Shown here: in pieces, positions 33,412-47,600 of the stretch | Numbering within the stretch: position 1 is the stretch's first letter | Layout: every line of letters begins with the position of its first letter | From: Scyliorhinus canicula | Taxonomy: Eukaryota | Length of the DNA stretch: 64,000 nt | Assembly: GCF_902713615.1 (NCBI RefSeq) | Contig: NC_052160.1 | Coordinates: 137,434,737-137,498,736, forward strand | Direction of reading: 5' to 3' | The notes under the pieces: model-generated | Databases searched by the model: none | Seen by the model: the letters and a program-made list of their open reading frames with translations, nothing else | What the model was told of the DNA's origin: nothing | Translations under genes and position numbers: made by a program

Positions 33412-35469
33412 CATACCAACCCCCTGATCTGCAACCACCTTCTCCATCTGGAACTGTATCCTTTTGCTGACCATTACTGCTACCCCTTGAGCCCTTCCAT
33501 CAAATGCCCAGCATCTATTTCTCTCGGGGAACAGACATTTATAAAGCTGCCCAGTGCACGTCCAACACAACATAGTTTTGACACAGACCATTTCACTTTA
33601 CAGGATGTTGAATGGTGTGGTCAGATATCCATTTCTGCACTGTGGGAAGGAGCGATGATAAAACTTCCTGCCAAGCTCAACACTTGCACAATTTTTTTTC
33701 AACGTGCGTTCCAGCTCAGGGATTTTTAACATGGGGGAAGTCACTGAGAATGGAATTGACAGAAATAGTCATTTTGACACAGGTTGACACAAACTAAAGC
33801 CGGTGATTAATAACCAAACCAGGATGATGCTGTGACCCAGTGACTCCCCCCAGGATCTGTTGCTGTAAGGATATCACATTGAGCGTAGTTTCCGTCTCTG
33901 GGTCATTCGCTTTAACGGAGTCCCCAAGCTTTCCTCACCCTGAACTCGGACAAGTTCGCAAAGAGATTCTGAAACAACTCCCCTCCAATTGGTGAAATAA
34001 ATGATTGTGTTGGTGAACAAGAGGGGGCAGATTAAACTTTCATCCATATTCATCTATTTAAATTCTCTTTCTCAATGTCACACCTGAAAGTTTCTACATT
34101 TGCTGCAAACTATCCCGCACACAAAGTCGGGAATTACAGATACGAGAGAAAATCTCACTCACGGAGCTGTTCAAGCTCCTGTGCATAATTCCATTGACCA
34201 CTTTGAACCAATATTCAATACACTGTGATCTGATCATAGCCAGAGAAAGGGGACATGTTGAGGGAGAATGAAAGAAAACTCAGTCCTTCTAGGAACTGCG
34301 GTAATGGAAGACACTGAGAGATTAATTTTGAGCCAGAGATGAATGAGGGAGGGGCAACTGCAAGATCAATGGTTCCAGTGAATCAGGGCCAAGAACAAAT
34401 ACAGGGTCATGATACACATTCCAAACTCTACCCACAACACTCATTCTGTTAATATAACTGCAGAGAGTTAATAGAGGCAAGGGCCTTGGATTCCTAAATG
34501 TTGCAGTGGAGTTTACCCAATGTAGCAGACAGGTTTTCCAGTGCCGAGCACTGCGGGTTATCACTGGTTAAGTCTCCAGATAAATGGGGTGGCACAGTGG
34601 TTAGCTCTGCTGCTGCCTCACGACACTGAGGATCCAGGTTTGATCCTGGCTCCGGGTCACTGTCCGTGTGCAGTTTTCACACTTGTCTGCGTGGGTCTCA
34701 CCCCCACAACCCAAAGATGTGCAGGGTAGGTGGATTGGCCATGTTAAATTGCCCTTTAATTGGGGAAAAAAAAAATTATTGGGCACTCTGAATCTATTTT
34801 TGAAAAAGTCTCCAGATAATGACTGCAGTGGGTCAATCTCCTCCCTTGTCTAAGAGTTGTCCATTCAGCCATGGGATGGGGCGATTACCTTCAGCATGGT
34901 GGGCCGTGATACACACCGGCTGCTTGGTGTCAGCCAGCTTGATTTTCTCAATGTTTAAACAAGTGTCATTCACCAGGGTCACTCCCCACCAATTACATCA
35001 TGGGAAATGCACAGCCCCCATGCCACAGAACTACCCTCACCTTGCAACTGAGTCTCCCTCCCAGTTACTCAGTCACAATTTGCTCTGACGCTTTCTGCCT
35101 CATAACGTGTCTGTTGATCTGGTAGATGAAGTAAAGGGTGGTCTTTTAATGCTCGGAGCTCACATCTCCTCTTCCTGACGGAATTGATACTCACGACAAA
35201 GAAGAAGAGTGCGATTAAGCAAATAAAACCAAAAAAATCAATGAACCTCCATAATGTTCAAAAAGGCAAAAAATACTTGTTTTACAGAGGAGTTCGTAGA
35301 ATGTTTATAACATGAGAGGGGCTATAACTAACCTCACAATTCAGTAAAAATATTTAGCTTAGATCACCATTCTCCATGAATTCTAACTTTGACGCATTAC
35401 TGTTTCTTGAATATTATATTATTTTGTTGCAAGTTTGTTTGTTAAATCTAACTGACAGATTGTCACAAC

Positions 35470-35565
35470 CCGGCTTCCTGTTCTCTTCTTCCTCATTTCA
35501 ATTCCTTGTACAATTTATACGAGTCACTTATTTCAGTGTGAGAAAGAGGGGCTGAGTGACTGACG
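35470..35565 (+). promoter_or_regulatory. Putative proximal promoter of gene 2: Ets site, IRF-Ets composite-like site, AP-1-like sites
   Basis: cttcctgt 35474-35481 (ACAGGAAG on minus); ttcctcatttc 35489-35499 (GAAA-TGA-GGAA on minus); cgagtca ~35520; tgagtgactgac 35553-35564. All lie within 125 bp of the ATG and no TATA box is apparent. Motif match only. Confidence 0.45.
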
Positions 35566-35595
35566 GCAAGAACTGATCTGATCTCGAACAAGACC

Positions 35596-35632
35596 ATGCG
35601 GATTCTGATTCTTCTTATTTGTTCCCTGCCCG
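35596..35632 (+). CDS. Gene 2 leader (signal peptide) exon
   Basis: gaccATG CGG ATT CTG ATT CTT CTT ATT TGT TCC CTG CCC G|gtgagt. Phase 1 joins the V exon to give ..SLPVSGALWA. Confidence 0.85.
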
Positions 35633-38600
35633 GTGAGTAACAGCCAGAGCTGAATATTCAGATAATCAGCGTTAGTTGAATTCTAGCCTACAGGTCATAC
35701 GGCAGAGATGTTTAAAATATTTGGAGACAGAAACGACACAAAAGGAGGTTTTGTGGTACAGTGGGTAACGTCTCTGTATCTGAGACTGAAGCTCCAGGTT
35801 CGAGTCCCACTCCTGCTCTCGATGGGAGTGGAAGGTGTGTTCTCACGGGCCAAACAGGTTGATTATCAACCTGCAAATCCTCCCAACACACGGTAGGCAG
35901 TCAGTAAGAGGGGGAGAGGTTCCCAGGCAGTCATGCTCGATGTGGAGTGGTGCCACTCAAGGTTTCAGGTGAGTGACCGGTCCCAGCAAAAGCTAGCTGT
36001 TGAAAACAGACTGCCGTATTTGCTTTGTCTGCCTCATGTCTCTCTAGATTTAGGCAGTCTCCCGGATTTGAAGGCACAAAGTCCTCAGCAAAAATAAATA
36101 AATAATATTTGTGATGTATTGTTTCTCCTTGTGAATCTATAGTCCCACCATGGATATATTTACCAAATAAACCAAACTGCAATATTTATTTCGAAAGGGA
36201 AATTAAGGACAATTTAATTTTTAAAAAGCAACGCAAGCAACATTTTTCAAATAAAAGCCGTTTTTAATTGGTAATTGTTTAAATATAATCTGAAGTACAA
36301 TATACACTGGGGAGCATGGTAGCATGGTGGTTAGCATAAATGCTTCACAGCTCCAGGGTCCCAGGTTCGATTCCCGGCTGGGTCACTGTCTGTGTGGAGT
36401 CTGCACGTCCTCCCCGTGTGTGCGTGGGTTTCCTCCGGGTGCTCCAGTTTCCTCCCACAGTTTCCTCCCAAAGATGTGCGGGTTAGGTGGATTGGCCATG
36501 CTAAATTGCCCGTAGTGTCCTAAAAAGTAAGGGGGGGGGGGGTTGTTGGGTTACGTGGATATGTGGGTTTGAGTAGGGTGATCATGGCTCGGCACAACAT
36601 CGAGGGCCGAAGGGCCTGTTCTGTGCTGTACTGTTCTATGTTCTATACACAGAAGGCTGCAATGGTAATAATCCACAATCAGAATATGTCTCTAGTTTGC
36701 AATTGTTTCTGTTGTTTAAAGTACAGTTGATGAAATATTATTTTTCGAGGCTCAGTCAGTGAGATCCTTCTTCACTGGTAGACGATTGGTCTACTTTATT
36801 CTTCCCATAAGTATCCTTTTTCTTTTAATTCTTTAACTTGGAGCAACTTGATATTGCTTTTCCCTCCTGCCCATTTTAACTTTGTGCATTCCAGGCACTC
36901 AAGCATGTGATTGCAATGCACATACCGCTCTTTTATGTGGTTGATGTTTGTAAACATTGGGGTTTCAGCGCTTAGAGTCACTCATCCATGAAGGGAGATG
37001 AATGAATCAAGGCTGGAGATGTTTTGTGGAAGCTGTCCATCACAGCCCACTACTAGAAATGAATGAATGGCTTGCAGCGACAGGATCTGAGGGGTTCAAA
37101 CACAAGTCACAAAGTGATTCCAGGTAAATGGAATCACCCCAAAGATATACATTCCGATAGCGTCATTGTTGTAATGTAAAAAAAAAAACACATTTCCCTC
37201 AAACAGCAATACCATAATGACCAAATAATCTGTTTTTCAACAATTGTTGTTTGAAGGGCAAATGTTGGTAAGGACACTGCAGAGAATTCATCTGCTCCTC
37301 GTCGAAATACCACCATCGGAAGGTTTATACCCACCTGAGAAGGCATATATTGTCTTGATAGTTGCCTGCCCAACACCCACATGATGTAACACCACTCATC
37401 ACCCTATTCATTCTAATTTGCCACCTGACCCCCCCCCCCTATGGAAACTCCAAAAAAATCTGCCTTCTAATTTTCCACACACCGATCGTTCCTCTGCCAT
37501 CCTTCTGAGCAATCTAATTGAAAATGAAAATCGCTTATTGTCACAAGTAGGCTTCAATGAAGTTACTGTGAAAAGCCCCTAGTCGCCACATTCCCGCGCC
37601 TGTTCAGGGAGGCTGTTACGGGAATCGAACCGTGCTGCTGGCCTGCTTTCAAAGCCAGCGATTTAGCTCTGTGCTAAACAGCCCCTTTCTCCCCAGACCA
37701 CTCATAGCACAGTTGGGCAGCACAATAGCACAGCGGTCAGCACAATTGCTTCACAGCTCCAGGGTCCCAGGTTCGATTCCCGACTTGGGTCACTGTCTGT
37801 GCGGAGTCTGCAGGTTCTCCCCATGTCTGGGTGCTCCGGTTTTGTCCCACAGTCCAAAGATGTGCGGGTTAGGTGGATTGGCCGTGCTAAATTGCCCTTA
37901 GTGTCCAAAAAGGCGAAGTTGGGTTACGGGGTTGCGGGGATAGGGCGGAGGAGTTCTCTTTCCGGGGCCGGTGCAGACACGATGGGCTGAATGGCCTCCT
38001 TCTATGATCGGCCAACCCAAGGCCTCCAATCTCCCTGAATCACCCGTCACCTCCCCCCCCCCCCCCCCCCCCCCTCCCGATTTCCAGTCTCTTCCTCAAC
38101 AGGTATCCTAATTCCTTCCTCAGGCCTCCAGCCGACCTCCTTGCCAACCTCCTGTCACACGCACCACCCCTGAGGTCCGCAAACCTCACCTCCTGACACC
38201 CCAAGCCCACCCACGACCTGAACAGCTCCTCTGCCAGGATCCAATTTGTGCCTCACATCCCACCCCCTCACCATTCCTCTGGTCAGATCAAGGACCTCTC
38301 ATCTCCTCCAGGTTAATTCCCGAGCAAATGCAAGTCCCACTTGCCAATCGAAAAGGTTTCTCAGTGTGAAACCTCCGTGTGATGTCACACAATCACACAC
38401 TGGAGTTAAACCCGACAATGTGGGGCTGGGCCCCGGTTCCCAGGCGCCCCCCCCCCACCCCCCAAACCTTTTCCCAACCTCTGCCAGTGGGTCAGGAAAA
38501 TACACCAAATATTTCAAATGTGAATCAGTGACGACAGAAATGTCATGGGACACCCTGAGACTGTGATGAGACTCTATATTAATGTTTTTCTTTCATCACA

Positions 38601-41600
38601 AACTAAAGGGAATTTACCTCATTAAAATGTATGTGTTTGAATTAAGCAGTTATTTCCTGGTCAATTTCTGAAATGTTGTCTCCTCAGTTTCAGGTGCATT
38701 GTGGGCAAAGCCTACAGTAACGGGAATTCTGGGAAGAGCGATTGCGATAGATTGTCACTATGGTGCAGGGTACCAGAACCATGTGAAGTATTGGTGTCAC
38801 GGCTGGTCTCGCCAGTGTACTGTTATAGCAAAGACAAATTGGCAAAATGGAAGATTTTCAATCACAGATGACAAGACACAAAGAATATTTGTTGTTACGA
38901 TGAAGGATCTTCGTTCAGGAGACACAGGATGGTACAGCTGTGGAATTGAACAGTCCAATCTTGATCAAATGTTTCACGTAAAGCTACAAATATCCGAAGG
39001 TACCTTATTCTGAGTCACTTTCTTCGTTATTCTCGACTGAAATGTCTGGTCAAGGGCCTGAATTTTACACATAAATATCAGGCGTGTGCGCCTGACCGGG
39101 AAATGTGTAAAATGATGCGAGAAGGAGTCGGACCTGCGTCCCGAGGTCATCGTGCTCTTGTGCGATGTTTCTGTCAGTCGGCACTTACATGGGTCAGAAG
39201 CAAACAATCCACAAATCAAGAAGTCAATGTAAATGAATAAAAAGCCGATTGTCCGGGATTGGACGTTGCCAGTCTGCCTGTACTGTTGGCGGGTGGGTCA
39301 ACTGTCTCGGTGGCCTTTATCGTTTAGCTGCAACCACAGTCCAGGGCGGAATGAACAGTCAGGGCTGAACTAACATTAACAAGAGTGTATGGGGATTCAC
39401 AGCGCCAGGGTCCCAGGTTCGATTCCCGGCTTGGGTCACTGTCTGTGTTTCCTCCGGGTGCTCCGGTTTCCTCCCACAAGTCCCGAAAGACGTGCTTGTT
39501 AGGTGAATTGGACATTCTGAATCCTCCCTCTGTGTACCCGAACAGGCGCCGGAGTGTGGTGACTAGGGGCTTTTCACAGTAACTTCATTGCAGTGTTAAT
39601 GTGAGCCTACTTGTGACAATAAGGATTATTATTATTATGTTTGAACCTGAAATTTATTAAAAAAAAGATTATTGTTAATTCATTGTGAATAAATCCCGCA
39701 TACTGCATTTCCAAAATGAAAATTCTAAATACTTGGCGCATAGTAATGTGCAATGAAATGATATCCAGGTGTGCAGCCCCTGGACAGTGAGTGAGGAGGG
39801 AGGAGGTGAAAGTGCAGGTGTTGTATCTCTTGATCGTGAATGAGAAGGAGCCTTCCGTTATATTGCTAAAATTAAACATATTGTAGAGAGTGTCTGTCTG
39901 GCCTGTGGGTTTACAGTGCGACTGACATTCAAATTTTACTATCCACAGATCAACGGACTGTCTGTCTGTGCTGCTTCCCTCTTTCAAAGGCTGGTTTGAA
40001 AATGTACCATTTGACAGGGTTTGCAGCTAATCTCCTGATTGTGATATTAGCCCACCGCCAAACAAAGGCATTTGCTAATATCCTGTGTCCAATGAAATAC
40101 TTTTGGATAAAAAGGCGATCTGTTGCAATCATCAAAGTAGATTGAACACATTCAGCTCTGTTGAAATTAAGTTAACTGGAAGCTGATGGGCGCGATTCTC
40201 TGATCGTGGGACAGAGTGTCCGTACCGTTGTGAACGCCGTCGCGTTTCACGACAGTGCAAAATGGGCACTAGCGATTCTGTCCCCCACAGGGGGCCAGCA
40301 CGGCGCTGGGGTGGTTCATGCCGTTCCAGCCTCACTTCCTGGCACGGACTGGGGACGGCGCGAACCCGCGCACGCGCAGTGGCTTTACGGAACACGTCGG
40401 CCCCGACGCAACATGGCACGGGGGTTCTGGGGCCAGACGCGCAACAAAGTAGGCCCGGGAGGGGGGAGGAAAGGCCGGCCCACCGATTGGTGGGCCCCTA
40501 TCGCGGGCCAGACCCCGTCGGAGGCCTCCCCGGGGATGAAGCCCCCCCCACACAGGCCTCCCCCCGGACCCTGCGCGCAGAGTTCTTGCCGGCTGAGAGC
40601 AGGTGTGGACTTCGCCGGCAGGACTCTGCCGTTTACGCATGGCTGCTTGGCCCATCAAGGCCCGAGAATCGGCGGCCCGGCCACGTAGAGCGGCCCCCAA
40701 CCGGCGCCACGCCGAACACGCCGGCGCAAATGGTGCCGATTCTCCGCACCTCGGAGTATCGTGCTCTGGCGTCAGGATGGTGTGGCGTGCTTGCGGCGAT
40801 TCTCCGACCCGGCGTGGGGCTGTTCTGGGTTTTACACATTGGGAAATGTCCATTACACATATTGGGAAATGTCCATTTCATAAGGTGCCTTGAGATTTGG
40901 TAAGTCGGTGCAGTTGGTTCATTAAATCATAAGGCAAAGCAGTAAAACTCACACAAATCTGGGGCGGGATTCTTCCCCCCTACCCGGCGGGGTGGGGGGG
41001 GTCCCGGCGTAGGGGAGTGGTACCAACCACTCCGGCGTCGGGCCTCTCCAAAGGTGGGGAATTCTCCGCACCTTTGGGGGCTAAGCCCGCGCCGGAGCGG
41101 TTGGCACCACACCTACTGGCGGCAAAACCGGCACCAACGGCCTTTGACGCCCGCCGCCCGGCGCCAGGGCTGGCCGAAAGGCCTTCGCCGGTTCGTGCAT
41201 GCGCCAGTGGTGACGTCAGCGGCAACCACCGGCGCATGCGCGCTGGGGGATTCTCTTCCGCCTCCGCCATGGTGTAGGCCGTGGCAGCGGCGGAAGAGAA
41301 AGAGTGCCCCCACGGCACTGGCCCACCCGCCGATCGGTGGGCCCCGATCGCGGGCCTGGCCACCGTGGGGGCACCCCCAGGGGTCCGATCGCCCCGCGCC
41401 CCCCCTGGACCCCGGGGGCCCGCTCGCGTCGCTGATTCCGCCGCCACCAGAGGTGGTTCAAACCTCGGCGGCGGGAGAGGCCTCCCAGCAGCGGGACTTC
41501 GGCCCATCGCGGGCCGGAGAATCACCGCAGGGGGATCGCCGCTCGACGTGGCGCGATTTCCTCCCCCGCCAATTCCCAGGTGGCGGAGAATTTCTGCCAC

Positions 41601-44600
41601 GGCGGGGGAGGGATTTTCGGCGGCCCCGGGCGATTCTCCGATCCTGCGGGGGCGGTCGGAGAATTTCGCCCCTGATCTTCATTGATTTACATTCTGAACT
41701 CACTGCCTACCTTATAACATCAACTGTGATCAGCTCACTCCAGGGGTTCTATATATTGTCCGTGAGGGTGAAGCAGCAAATAACAATAGTTAAGAATGTA
41801 AATCTGGACAAATGTATCTCAAAATCTCAATTGCCAAATGTATTGAGTAAGTGAGTTAGCCATCCGTGATTGAGCAAATTCCTGTGTTGTGCACATCCCA
41901 ACACTCTTTCAACCCTGAAATCCTGAAATATATGTAAAGAAAATGAGGATTGCTCAGCACAATGGAGACGGTTGCATCTCTCCTTACCAGGCTCCTCCTA
42001 CCATGAAAGCCTCTAGTGTTTTTTTTTTAAACAGGCACATCAGTTCCATTCCAGGAAGGCCCAACTCGTGTCTCATCAGGGTGTTATACAAATATTAATA
42101 GCGCTGTTTTTTTACGGTTACATAAGTAAGGAGAGAAGTACTGGCCCCTATTTCTCAATCCTCAGTTGCTTGCAAGTGGGTTTGAAATGTAAAATGATGA
42201 ATGTACCAATTCAGTGTCTGAGCTTTAAACGTTTTCATGCCGAATTCAAAAAAGCACCTCGGTAAAGATCTCGGTCCGGATTCTCCGTCCCGCCGCGCCA
42301 GATTTCTGGTTCAGCACTACGGCAGGATTCCCCGTTACGCCGGCTGATCAATGGGGTTTCCCATTGTGGGGCAGCCCCACGCCGTCGGGAAACCCCCGGC
42401 TGCCAGTAAAACGGAGAATCCCGCCCAGTACATTTTTTTGACAAAAATAGGTAAAAACAAATCTTGACTAACACATGCATGCAAAAATATATAGTGGGCC
42501 CATTTTAGATTGAACAAGAAAAGGCAAATGGAGAGTTAAGACTAATATAGGAACATAGGACAGGAATAGGCCATTCAGCCCCTCAAGCCTGTTCCCCCAT
42601 CATTTAATGAAATCATGTCTGATCTGTGACCTGTCATAATATACACCAGTATATCATGGTGCAGACACATACTGATGGACATACACGAGGACCAATCAAC
42701 ATGCACAACACCCCGCAGCCAATCACCAGTTAGAACACACGCACTATAAAGGCAGAGGGCATCACTTTTCCCGTTCATTCTGGATGCTGCCTCTCAAAAG
42801 CACAAGAGCTCATCAAGTTTAGTACAGACTCACACCATGTGCTGAGAGATTCAACTGTTTCGGACAGGCACAGGTCTCTAGTTAAACTAGCATTGTGTAA
42901 ACCTACAGTTATAGTATGTCTATTATTTTATAAGAGTTACTAAAATAGTGTTGAACCTTTTTCAGTGTTGGTGGCATATATCTGCTTCACAAGTCCACAG
43001 TGCCCAAAACTTCATGACATAACTCCATATAGCTGCCTTTGGCTCATATCCCTTAATATCTTTGCTCAACATAAATCTATCATAGAATCATAGAATTTAC
43101 AGTGCAGAAGGAGGCAATTCGGCCCATCGACTCTGTACCGGCCCTTACAAAGAGTACCCTACTCAAGTCCATGTCTCAACCCTATCCCCGTAACCCAGTA
43201 ACTTCCACTTAATCTTTTTGAACACTAAGGGCAATTTAGCATGGCCAATCCACTTAGCCCGCACATCTTTGGACTGTGGGAGGAAACCGGAGCACCCGGA
43301 GGAAACCCACGCACACACAGGGAGAATGTGCCGACTCCACACAGACAGTGACCCAAGCCAGGAATCAAACCTGTACCCTGGAGCTGTGAAACAACTGTGC
43401 TAACCACTATGCTACCGTGCTGCCATAAATATTTATTTCATGTTTCACATTTATTAGGGAGAAATATCTACCTCAGGAAAGATGTGAACATTAAGAGGAA
43501 ATGAAAATTGCTTATTGTCACAAGTTGGCTTCAAATGAAGTTACTGTGAAAAGCTCCCAGTTGCCACATTCCGGCGCCTGTTCGGGGAGGCCGGTACGGG
43601 AATTGATCCCGCGCTGCTGGCATCGTTCTGCATTACAAGCCAGCTATTTAGCCCACTGTGCTAAACCAGCCTCTATCTATCGATCTCAGATTTAAAATTA
43701 GCAACTGTTCCAGCTTCAACTGCTGTTTGTGGGAGAGAGTTTCAAAGCTTTACCGCCCTTTGAGTGAAGAAGTTCTTCCTCAGATCTCTCCTGAATGGTC
43801 TAACCCTAACTTTTAGACTATGTCCCCTTGTTCTAGAAACTCCAAGCAGTGGAAACAGTTTATCCTTCTCTACCCTGTCTTTCCCTGTGAATATCTTGAA
43901 AACTTCGATCAGATCACCCTTTAGCCTTCTACATATCAGTGAAAACAGGCTTAATTTGTGTTATCTCTCCTCGTTACTTTTTTAAAATAAATTTAGATTA
44001 CCCAATTATTTTTTCCAATTTAGCGTGGCCAATCCACCTACTCTGCACATTTTTGGGTTATGGGGGCAAAACCCACGCAGAGAATGTGCAAACTCCACAC
44101 GGACAGTGACCAAGAGCCAGGATCGAACCTGGGACCTCAGCGCCGTGTGGCAACTGTGCAACCATTAGGCCACCGTGCTGCCCTCCCTTGTAACTTAACC
44201 CCTGTAAATCCAGGTATCATTTTTGTCAACCTGCATTGCACTCGCTCGAAGGCCAAAAAATTTCCTTCCTAAGATGTGGTTCCCAGAACTGCTGATAGTG
44301 ACTCCAAGTGGGGTCTAATCAGGTAAACACGCTAGAAACCTAGTTGAGGCAGTGAGACTGACCGACCGACATCAACACCTCTCAAAATAAACAGGCGCCG
44401 GAATGTGGCGACTAGGGGCTTTTCACAGTAACGTCATTGAAGCCTACGCATGACAATAAGTGATTATCATTATCATTTTATTGTAAGTCTCCCATTGGAG
44501 GGTGACTTTAACAAAGTAGGTGCCATGGATCTAAAGGTTTGAGACAAAGCCAGAAATATTTCTGTTGTTCATTTTTGAAGTAGTGATCAGATTTAGCCTT

Positions 44601-47600
44601 TCGATAATAATGTTTGTTATAGACAACAGTGTTATTATAGACAAAATCCTGAATATGAAAAATGAAAAATATGAAAATCGCTTTTTTGTCACGAGTAGGC
44701 TTCAATGAAGTTACTGTGAAAAGCCCCTAGTCACCACATTCCGGCGCCTGTTCGGGGAGGCTGGTACGGGAATTAAACCGTGCTGCTGGCCTGATTTGGT
44801 CTGCTTTAAAAGCCAGCGATTTAGCCCAGTGTGCTAAACCAGCCCCTTTATACAGTGGGGTGAGGGAATGAACGATGAGTCATAACCACATAAACTAAGG
44901 GAAAAGAGTACCGATAGCCAGGGAAATCAAGGAAAGGAGTGCGAATGGCATTTCCTTGAGAGAATAAAAGGTGTGAAAAAGGCCAAAGAGCAGAGAAACT
45001 AGGTTGCTCCGAGGTTGGACAGACATGGGGCTGCATTTTTAAAAGATTTGGGTCGGGATTAGGGGCGAGTGGGTTGTACTGATTCCATCAGATTCACTTT
45101 GAAAGTAGGCGGCTCAGAGGCAAGTGGTGGGCAGCTTAATTGGGAAATAACGGGCGTGATTCTCCCAAAGAGAGACAAAGTGCCGACGCCGGAGTGAAAA
45201 CTGGAGTGTTTCACTCCGGCATCGGAGGCCGCTCCTCGCCCCCTATTCTCCCACCCCCAGGGAGCTAGGAGCGGCAGCGCGTCAATCTCGCACGCCGGGC
45301 CTTGGCGCCCGCGTCAAAGCGGCGCCGCCTGAATGACGTGGCTGGCGGCGCCTAAATGACTTCACCCGCGCATGCGCGGTTCCGTTCTCCCCTCCGCTGC
45401 GGAGGATTGATCTCGTGGGGCGGCGGAGGGAAAAGAGTGCGTCTTTCAGAGACGGCGGCCCGACGATCGATGGGCACCGATCGCGGGCCAGACCCCTCCT
45501 GAGCACCCCTTGGTGCTCGATTCTCCCTCCGCCCCCCCCCCCACAGGCCCCACACGCAGCGGTCGCGCGCTGTTCACGCCGGCAGCGACCAGGTGTGGTT
45601 GGCGCCGGCGTGAACCGGTCGGATTAGGCAGGCCGCTCGGCCCATCGGGGCCGGAGAATCGCCGCTCGACCTGAGCGGCGATTCTCTGAGCGGCCTATCG
45701 CAAAACGCGACACGCCGTTTTGGGGGGGGGTGGGAGAATCGCGTGCGGGTGCCAGGGCGGCGTGGCGTGAATCGCCCGGCTCTCCAGCGAATCTCCCACC
45801 CGGCGTGGGGGTCGGAGAATCGCGCCCAACATTTCCCAAAAGGGTCTATTGAGGTCTTGTTCCTGGTCAACAACTGGTCAACAATGTGGGCAGGCCACAC
45901 TGCCCCTCCAGGATCATCGGCAGGCAGCTGTCGACAATGTGGGCAGGCCACACTGCCCCTCCAGGATCATCGGCAGGCAGCTGAAACTTAAAAAAAGTTA
46001 AATAAACGCTCTTGCCCCTTGTTTTCTCCATGCTCAGATCTCCAGCTGGTGGGGGCTCCAATCTGAGTGCTGGAGGGGTAAAAATCACAGAGGATTTAAT
46101 TTTCAGATGCTCAGTCAGTATCTGAATGTTTGTTTGTTTCCCACAGAATCCGTCTCTGTTCCTGTACTCAGATTTCTATCCCTGCCAAAAGTCTCATGTT
46201 CTGGGGGCTCAGTGTCCGTCTCCTGTGAGCCTGCCCGGGGCTCCCTCCCCATTCAGTACACATGGACTGAAAAGACCCCGTCTGAAGAATCAAAGATCTC
46301 CGACACCAATAAACTGGATCTCCGTTGTCAATCCTTCAAACAGCAACAGCAACAATATTACTGCACAGCCTCAAATACTCGAGGGAAACAATCCAGTGAA
46401 ATGGTGAATGTGAAAGTCTTCAATAAAACAGAAAAGAGCTGCAGTTACGTGACACAAATCAGCAGCATTGGTAAGTGTTACTTTGAACAAGTAATGGGAT
46501 TATCAATTTTTATAATTAATGTCTGTCCATCCTGGTTGCTCGCTATGTTCCTTTATCAATCTGAGAAATTGGATCTGATCAAGTTCACTTTGCTAATGTC
46601 ACTCCAGGAATCCAGAGGCCCAGGTTAATGCTCGGAGGATATGGGTTCAAATCCCACCACGGCAGCTGGTAGAATTCAAATTCAGTTAACGAATCTGAAA
46701 TTGAAAGCTGGTATCACTATTGAAAGATGTCATCAACTGTCATAAAAATCCATTGGGTTCACTAATGTCCTTCAGGGAAGGGAATCTGTTGTCCTTACCC
46801 GGTCTGGCCTACATGTGACTCCAGACCCACAGCAATGTGGTGGCCTCTTAACTACCCCCTCTGAAATAGCCGAGCAAGTCATTCAGTTCTAGAGCAATTA
46901 GAGATGGGAAACTTAGCAGCGATGCTCACATTGCATGACAGATGCAATTGTGAAATGTAACCTCTGAGGTGAGACATTTCAGTTACGAGGAGAAAAGCAT
47001 CACAATAGAGATGAAGGTCTGAGTTTGCGAATTTCCCAAGGGAAAACCGGAGTCCTGGGCCGAGATTCTCCCCTACCCGGCGGGGCGGGGGGGGGGTCCC
47101 AGCGGGATGGAGTGGCTTGAACCACTCCGGCGTCGGGCCGCCCCAAAGGTGCGGATTTCTCCGCACCTTTAGGAGCCAGGCCCCAACCTTGGGGCTAGGC
47201 CCGCGCCAGAGTGGTTGGCGCCCCGACGGCTGGCAGGAAAGGCCTTTGGCGCCACGCCAGCCGGGGCCGAAGGGACTTCGCCAGCCGGCGGAAGTCCGCG
47301 CATCATTCCCACGCATGCGCAGGAGAAGGGGTCACTTCCGCGTCCGCCATCGTGAAGGCACAGGCCCGCCTGCCGATCGGTGGGCCCGGATCGCCCCGTG
47401 CCCCCACAGGACCCTGGAGCCCGCCCGCGCCGCCAGGTCCCACTGGTAATGGAGGTGTTTTGATTCACGCTGGCGGGACCGGCATGACAGCAGCGGGACT
47501 TCGGCCCATCGCGTGCCGGAGAATCGCTGGGGGGGGGGGGGGCCCGCCGACAGGCGAGACGCGATTCCCGCCCCTGCTGAATCTCTAGTGCCGGAGACTT

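Larger units (their letters stand above)
28490..33510 (-). mobile_element. L1-clade LINE, 5'-truncated ORF2 pseudogene (EN, RT, C-terminal CCHC) with two nested LTRs
   Basis: Minus fragments: GVAVMVSKRIQF..VYGPN (APE), GPDGFPVEYYKKF..YRPISL.NVDAK (RT), LYGDNLLLY..FSGYKLN, LAGRVQAVKMNVLPRFLF, PANHVHLFWSCPKL; A-rich tail near 28490-28520. Confidence 0.9.

Noticed and set aside
40206-41854. Many long overlapping ORFs in GC-rich segments (also 5505-6028, 13772-14679, 22872-24033, 46879-47868, 56556-57629)
   Set aside because: They coincide with GC-rich non-autonomous MITEs, are open on both strands and in several frames, and show no domain motifs.
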